In this document: positions 26,266 through 30,548 of the stretch, in pieces
Layout: every line of letters begins with the position of its first letter
Position numbering within the stretch: position 1 is the first letter of the stretch
Assembly: GCA_964432005.1 (NCBI GenBank)
Contig: CAYSMB010000001.1
Coordinates: 1-30,548 of the forward strand
Direction of reading: 5' to 3'
DNA length: 30,548 nucleotides
From: an uncultured Halobacteriales archaeon
GTDB taxonomy: Archaea; Halobacteriota; Halobacteria; Halobacteriales; SKNY01
The notes under the pieces: generated by a model
Told to the model about the DNA's origin: nothing
The model's input: the letters and a program-made list of their open reading frames with translations, nothing else
Databases searched by the model: none
Made by a program: the position numbers and the translations under genes

Positions 26266-27156
26266 CTATTGGACGTCAGAGCTGGCCGCCCGGGTCAGGA
26301 GGACGACGGCGACGGCGCCGAAGGCCAGATCGAGGACGAGCAGGACGGCCAGGGCGGGAATCACCGCATCCCAGAGGCCGCCGAACCACGATACCTCGAT
26401 GACCGTCATCACGTCCTCGCCGAGCATGATCGATCGGACCGCATCGATCCCGTAGGTAATGGGGTTGACCGTGGCGACGAGCTGGATCCATTCGGGCAGC
26501 ACCCGCACGGGCAGGAACGCGCTCGAGACGAACAGCAGCGGGAACTGGATGAGGTTCGCGCCGATGATCGTCGATTCCTGATCCCGGGTGATGATGGCGA
26601 CGACGTTCGAGAACGCGGTAAACCAGACCGCGAAAATGACGGTCATCGCGACGATGCCCACGACGCCGGGTAGGCCGGTGTGGACGAATTCGCCGAAGGC
26701 CGCGCCGGTGTTCAGATACAGAATCACATAGCCGAGCCCGAGGATGATCACCGTCTGGACGACGATGCGGACGACCTCCGAGAGCGCCTTCCCGAGGAAC
26801 ATCGCGCCCCGGCTGATCGGCGAGACGAGCATCTTCTCGAACATCCCGTTTTCCATATCGTCGACGAGGCCGATGCCCGAGCCCGCGGCCGCAACCAGCC
26901 CGGACAGGACGACGATGGCGGGCGTCAGATAGGTGATGTAGTTGATGTCGCGGCCGAGCGCTTCGGTGAGCGCGCCCCCGGTCACCTGGCCGAACACTTC
27001 GGTAAACAGGATGAGAAAGAGGATCGGCTGGATCAGCGAGGAGACGATGACGAAGGGGTTCCGGGTGGTCTTGACGAGCCACCGCTGGAGGACGATCCAG
27101 AGCTCGACGGCGAAGCCGAGCCCGGAACGCCGGCGGTTCCGAGTGGGCGAACTCAT
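26266..27156 (-). CDS. ABC-2 exporter permease (DrrB-like)
   Basis: RNPFVIVSSLIQPILFL, GMFEKMLVSPISR, FVSSAFLP..VLPEWIQ..A..NPITY. Confidence 0.92.
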   Translation of the reverse strand: MSSPTRNRRRSGLGFAVELWIVLQRWLVKTTRNPFVIVSSLIQPILFLILFTEVFGQVTGGALTEALGRDINYITYLTPAIVVLSGLVAAAGSGIGLVDDMENGMFEKMLVSPISRGAMFLGKALSEVVRIVVQTVIILGLGYVILYLNTGAAFGEFVHTGLPGVVGIVAMTVIFAVWFTAFSNVVAIITRDQESTIIGANLIQFPLLFVSSAFLPVRVLPEWIQLVATVNPITYGIDAVRSIMLGEDVMTVIEVSWFGGLWDAVIPALAVLLVLDLAFGAVAVVLLTRAASSDVQ

Positions 27157-28178
27157 GACCTGGCCTCCGCGACCCGCTGGGAACGCTCGTCGTCGGTCGG
27201 TTCGCCGGTGATCGCGAGGAACACGTCATCCAGCGTCGGCGAGCGGACGTCAAAGCCGGTGACGGTCAGCCCCCTGTCCCGGAGGGCCACGAGGAGATCG
27301 GGGCCGGCCCGCCGGGCGGCCTTCGAGGTGACCGTGAGCGTGGCCCCGTCGACGGCGACGGTGCCATCCCCGAACGCGTCGGCCTCCCGGGCGACGCGCT
27401 CGGCCCGTGCGAGATCCGTTTCGTTCGCATCTTCCAGTGTAATCTCGAGGACGTCACCACCGATCTCCGACTTCAGTGCGTCGGGAGCGTCCGTGGCCAC
27501 GATCTCTCCCTCCTGGATGACGGCCACCCGCTCGCAGAGTTCGTCGGCCTCCTTGAGATACTGAGTCGTCAGGAACACGGTCGTCCCGCGGTCGTTGATC
27601 GTCCGAAAGTACTCCCAGAGCCGATTGCGGGCTTTCGGATCCAGCCCCGTCGTGGGTTCGTCCAGAAATACCAGCGGGGGTTCGTGGACCAGCGCGGTCG
27701 CCGCGTCGAGGCGCTTTTTCATTCCGCCGGAGAACTCCTCGGCCTGTTTGTCGGCCACGTCGGCGAGGTCGACGAGGTCGAGGAGCTCTTCGATCCGCTC
27801 GGCGCGCTCGCTGCGGGGGACGCCATAGGTCTTGCAGGCAAACCGGATGTTCTCCCGGGCGGTGAGTTCCTCGTCGACGCTGGTCTCCTGGGCCATGTAC
27901 CCGATCGTCTCCCGGACCGCCTGGGGCTGTTCGGTCACGTCGTACCCGTTCACCCGCACCTCGCCGCCGGTCGGCGAGAGCAGCGTCGAGAAGACCTTGA
28001 TGGCGGTCGTCTTGCCCGCGCCGTTGGGGCCGAGGAATCCGAAGAACTCGCCGCGGGGGACCCGTAGCGACACGTCCTTGACCGCCTGCGTTCCGTCGCT
28101 ATAGGTCAACGCGAGGTTCGTCGTCTCGATGGCGGCTTCGGTGCGTTCGCCGCCACCCGGGGATTGTGGAGGACTCAT
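27153..28178 (-). CDS. ABC exporter ATP-binding subunit (DrrA-like)
   Basis: GPNGAGKT, FSGGMKKR, VFLDEPTTGLDP, TTQYL; 4-nt overlap with the permease gene. Confidence 0.95.
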   Translation of the reverse strand: MSPPQSPGGGERTEAAIETTNLALTYSDGTQAVKDVSLRVPRGEFFGFLGPNGAGKTTAIKVFSTLLSPTGGEVRVNGYDVTEQPQAVRETIGYMAQETSVDEELTARENIRFACKTYGVPRSERAERIEELLDLVDLADVADKQAEEFSGGMKKRLDAATALVHEPPLVFLDEPTTGLDPKARNRLWEYFRTINDRGTTVFLTTQYLKEADELCERVAVIQEGEIVATDAPDALKSEIGGDVLEITLEDANETDLARAERVAREADAFGDGTVAVDGATLTVTSKAARRAGPDLLVALRDRGLTVTGFDVRSPTLDDVFLAITGEPTDDERSQRVAEARS

Positions 28179-28212
28179 CGTGATTCGTTATCGGCCATCG
28201 TCCGAGAGGTGG

Positions 28213-28218
28213 GATAAA
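28213..28218 (-). promoter_or_regulatory. TATA-like box of the ABC-TetR operon
   Basis: TTTATC on the minus strand, 34 nt upstream of ATG 28178. Confidence 0.5.
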
Positions 28219-28224
28219 GACGTT

Positions 28225-28240
28225 GATTGAACGTTCAGTC
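28225..28240. promoter_or_regulatory. Palindromic operator GATTGAACGTTCAGTC, probable TetR site
   Basis: 16-bp palindrome with one mismatched pair and a perfect TGAACGTTCA core, 6 nt upstream of the TATA box of the operon that ends in tetR. Confidence 0.7.
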
Positions 28241-28325
28241 TACTCGCTCTTGCTGGTTCCGACGCAGGCGGAAACCATGAGGCCCCCGGTTATACCTCCC
28301 GAATCGGATGAACGCCTCGAGCGGT

Positions 28326-29678
28326 TCAACGACGATCCCCAGCGGGCGGCGTCGGGCCGACCGTGACGCCGATCGCCTTCTCGACGTGGCGTTCGACCTG
28401 CGGTTTCTCTGCGTGCTCGTCGCCCCACGTGACGGTCAGTTCGGTCCCCGGTTCGCTGTACTCACGATCGACCGCTGCCATGGAGATGACCGTCCGCTCG
28501 TTGTAATTGTAGGCCGGCCACTTCGAGACCCCGACGTTCTCTCCGTCCTTGGTGAGCGCGTCGTAATGCGCGATCGCCCAGCCGGGGTAGGGGAGGTCGA
28601 ACAGCTTGTAGGTGTCACCCTCACGGAACAGCGATGCGTATACGTCGGCCATATCGTCGCGATCCCAGAATAGCGAGACCTTCGTGCGCTTTGGTTCTTC
28701 GACCATCTCGTGGAGCGCATCCCGGCCGATGAACTCGTGGTCGAAATCGATCCGCCCCTCGTGGCCGAGGTCGATGGGACTCATGTAGTAGTCCTCGACA
28801 TCGTCCGAACGGAAGCTTCCCCCGAGGGAGGTGTTTGCCTCCGGGGTTTCGACACCGAGCCATTCGCGATAGGGCCGCATATCCGATCCGGTGTAGATGG
28901 CTGGCAACTGGAATTCGACCCACCCGGACATCGGCCCGGAGCTCCGGTACGCTCGCGTCCCGAGATGGCGGATACCGTACGCCTCCCCGGCTTCCATGAT
29001 CGCCTCCTTGACCGCATCGCCCTCCTCGAAGGGGCCCCAGATCTCCAGGCCAGCTTCGCCGGACATCGAGTGCCGCAGCGCCCGGACTTGGTGGCCCGCG
29101 ATGCTGAATTCGTCGAAGTCGAAGAATGGGATGTCCGGAAGGCCCCCGTCGGCGACCTCCTCGATCACGTCGAGCGCGTTCGGTCCCTGGACCTCGTATC
29201 GGTAGAACGTCGGATCCTCGCCCGCCTCGAGTTCGAGTGCGCTCCCGTGGCGTTCGACCTCCACGTCCCATTCGCCGGTTTCGGCGTGGTATTGCACCCA
29301 GTTCGGCGCCATCGGCGCGCCGACGAGGTAATGTTCGCCCTCGTCGAAGAAAAACAGGATCCCATCCCCGATCGTGTAACCGTCGGGATTGCACGGCATG
29401 AACTGCTTGGCATCGCCCGGACGATAGGTCTCGTAATCGCCGATATCCAGGTATGCCAGCAGGTCGAGGGCGTCCGGGCCGGTCACCGTCAGGCCGGTCA
29501 TGTGATAGGACTGATCGGCCAGCGCCACCGATTCCCGCCACGCTCGCTGTTCCTCGATCCAGTTCGTCTGGATGTCGGGGAGTACCGGGAAGGTGAACGA
29601 CCCGACCGGGGACGCCCGGAGCATCGAGACCGGATCATCGGCCTCCCGCACGACGTCCTGTAGCGTGTTTGCGGACAT
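28326..29678 (-). CDS. GcvT-family aminomethyltransferase, LigM/DesA-type THF-dependent O-demethylase-like
   Basis: TNWIEEQRAW...DQSYHM, NWVQYH, YRYEVQGP, H.MSGE.GLEIWGP, G.RAY...SGW, SLGGSF..DDVEDYY.SP, DFDHEFIGR, KVSLFW. Start at ATG 29678. Confidence 0.88.
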   Translation of the reverse strand: MSANTLQDVVREADDPVSMLRASPVGSFTFPVLPDIQTNWIEEQRAWRESVALADQSYHMTGLTVTGPDALDLLAYLDIGDYETYRPGDAKQFMPCNPDGYTIGDGILFFFDEGEHYLVGAPMAPNWVQYHAETGEWDVEVERHGSALELEAGEDPTFYRYEVQGPNALDVIEEVADGGLPDIPFFDFDEFSIAGHQVRALRHSMSGEAGLEIWGPFEEGDAVKEAIMEAGEAYGIRHLGTRAYRSSGPMSGWVEFQLPAIYTGSDMRPYREWLGVETPEANTSLGGSFRSDDVEDYYMSPIDLGHEGRIDFDHEFIGRDALHEMVEEPKRTKVSLFWDRDDMADVYASLFREGDTYKLFDLPYPGWAIAHYDALTKDGENVGVSKWPAYNYNERTVISMAAVDREYSEPGTELTVTWGDEHAEKPQVERHVEKAIGVTVGPTPPAGDRR

Positions 29679-29768
29679 GGCGCATACCCCATCGCGATGC
29701 ACACGCTTAGAGATTGGGTCGGATGTCGCGATTCCGGCGGTTGAGCCCCCGTTTCGGCCGATTCCCGT

Positions 29769-30548
29769 CTATTCTAGCTGCGGGAGTTCCCGACACGTTA
29801 GATCCGCCGAGCGCACGAGATCCTCGCCTACCTCGTCCTTGGCCGTAAAATAGATGATCTGCCAACCTTCCTCGGCAAGTTCCTGCAACAGCGCAAAGCA
29901 CTCCCGCAGGCGCGTTCCGTCCGCCGGCAGGAAGGCGTCGTCCATGAGAAAGAATCCTGGCTCGGCGCCGAGCAGTTGCTCCCCGAGTCCGACCCGCGCG
30001 GCGAAATAAAGCTGGGTCTTCGTCCCGTGGCTGAGCTGGTCGGCGGTGTACCCCTCGCCACCCTCCATCTCGACCGTGAGCGCCTCCTCCCCGGTGTCGT
30101 AGACCACCCGCTCGTACCGGCCCCCTGTAATCCGGTCGAAGATCTGCGTTGCCCGGCTTTCCGGCCCGAAGAGGTCGGTGATCTTCTGTTGTTCCTCCGC
30201 TTTCAGTCCGTCGAAGATGTCCAACGCCTCCCGGGCGACATCGGCGTCGCGCTCGATCCGTTCGACCAATCCCTCGAGTTCCGGAAGCAGCTGGCGAAGG
30301 CCGTCGAGTGTGCGGGACTCGAGCGCGAGAGACTCGTCCAGGATAGCCTCCATGGGGATCTCCTGCAGCCGTTCGGCGAACGCCTCGAGTCGTTCCTGGT
30401 GGGTTGTCAATTCTGCCTCGAGCGAATCGTGACGCTCACGGAGCGACGCCAGCTCCGCCTCCAGTTCATCGCGTCGTTCGGGGTCGAACATGGCCGCGCT
30501 GACCGTCTCGTCGACGTCCTCGACGAGGGCCGCGAGTTCCTCCTCCCA
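29769..30548 (-). CDS. C-terminal part of an SMC/Rad50-like (YhaN-type) ATPase; start lies beyond the right edge
   Basis: Acidic coiled coil followed by signature LSHGTKTQLYFAAR, Walker B FFLMDDAF and QIIYFT. Confidence 0.85.
   Translation of the reverse strand, partial: WEEELAALVEDVDETVSAAMFDPERRDELEAELASLRERHDSLEAELTTHQERLEAFAERLQEIPMEAILDESLALESRTLDGLRQLLPELEGLVERIERDADVAREALDIFDGLKAEEQQKITDLFGPESRATQIFDRITGGRYERVVYDTGEEALTVEMEGGEGYTADQLSHGTKTQLYFAARVGLGEQLLGAEPGFFLMDDAFLPADGTRLRECFALLQELAEEGWQIIYFTAKDEVGEDLVRSADLTCRELPQLE

Noticed and set aside
1-30548. CRISPR arrays, tRNA/rRNA genes, transposases, integrases and classic anti-phage defence genes
   Set aside because: I found no regularly spaced repeats, no cloverleaf or rRNA-like segments, and no DDE/Y1/tyrosine-recombinase or nuclease motifs.

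Overview
This is a GC-rich, gene-dense window with acidic proteins and TATA-like boxes 21-24 nt upstream of many start codons, all typical of a haloarchaeon (Halobacteria). I found no rRNA, tRNA, CRISPR array or transposase. The left half is a patchwork of catabolic genes: TrpB2, an enolase-superfamily dehydratase with an MFS transporter, an aldo/keto reductase, a VOC protein, two Zn-dependent dehydrogenases, an HSL-type esterase, and a coupled BKACE (DUF849) / 3-hydroxyacyl dehydrogenase-like / SDR operon. It also holds an atypical Cys-tailed ubiquitin-like (MoaD/ThiS-fold) protein next to an NnrS-like membrane protein. The right half holds a Tat lipoprotein beta-propeller, a methyltransferase, an MBL hydrolase, an orphan 'TDGLP' protein of the kind usually paired with UGSC-type redox proteins, and LysE. 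It continues with a membrane-anchored protein with a possible tandem AbrB/MraZ-like domain, a zinc-finger microprotein missed by the ORF track, a TetR/ABC exporter operon with a clear palindromic operator, a LigM/DesA-type THF-dependent demethylase with an apparently altered substrate pocket, and the 3' end of an SMC/Rad50-like ATPase. Three decayed genes are present (MscS family, mgtE, USP). All family calls come from motif recognition by eye; no database search was run.
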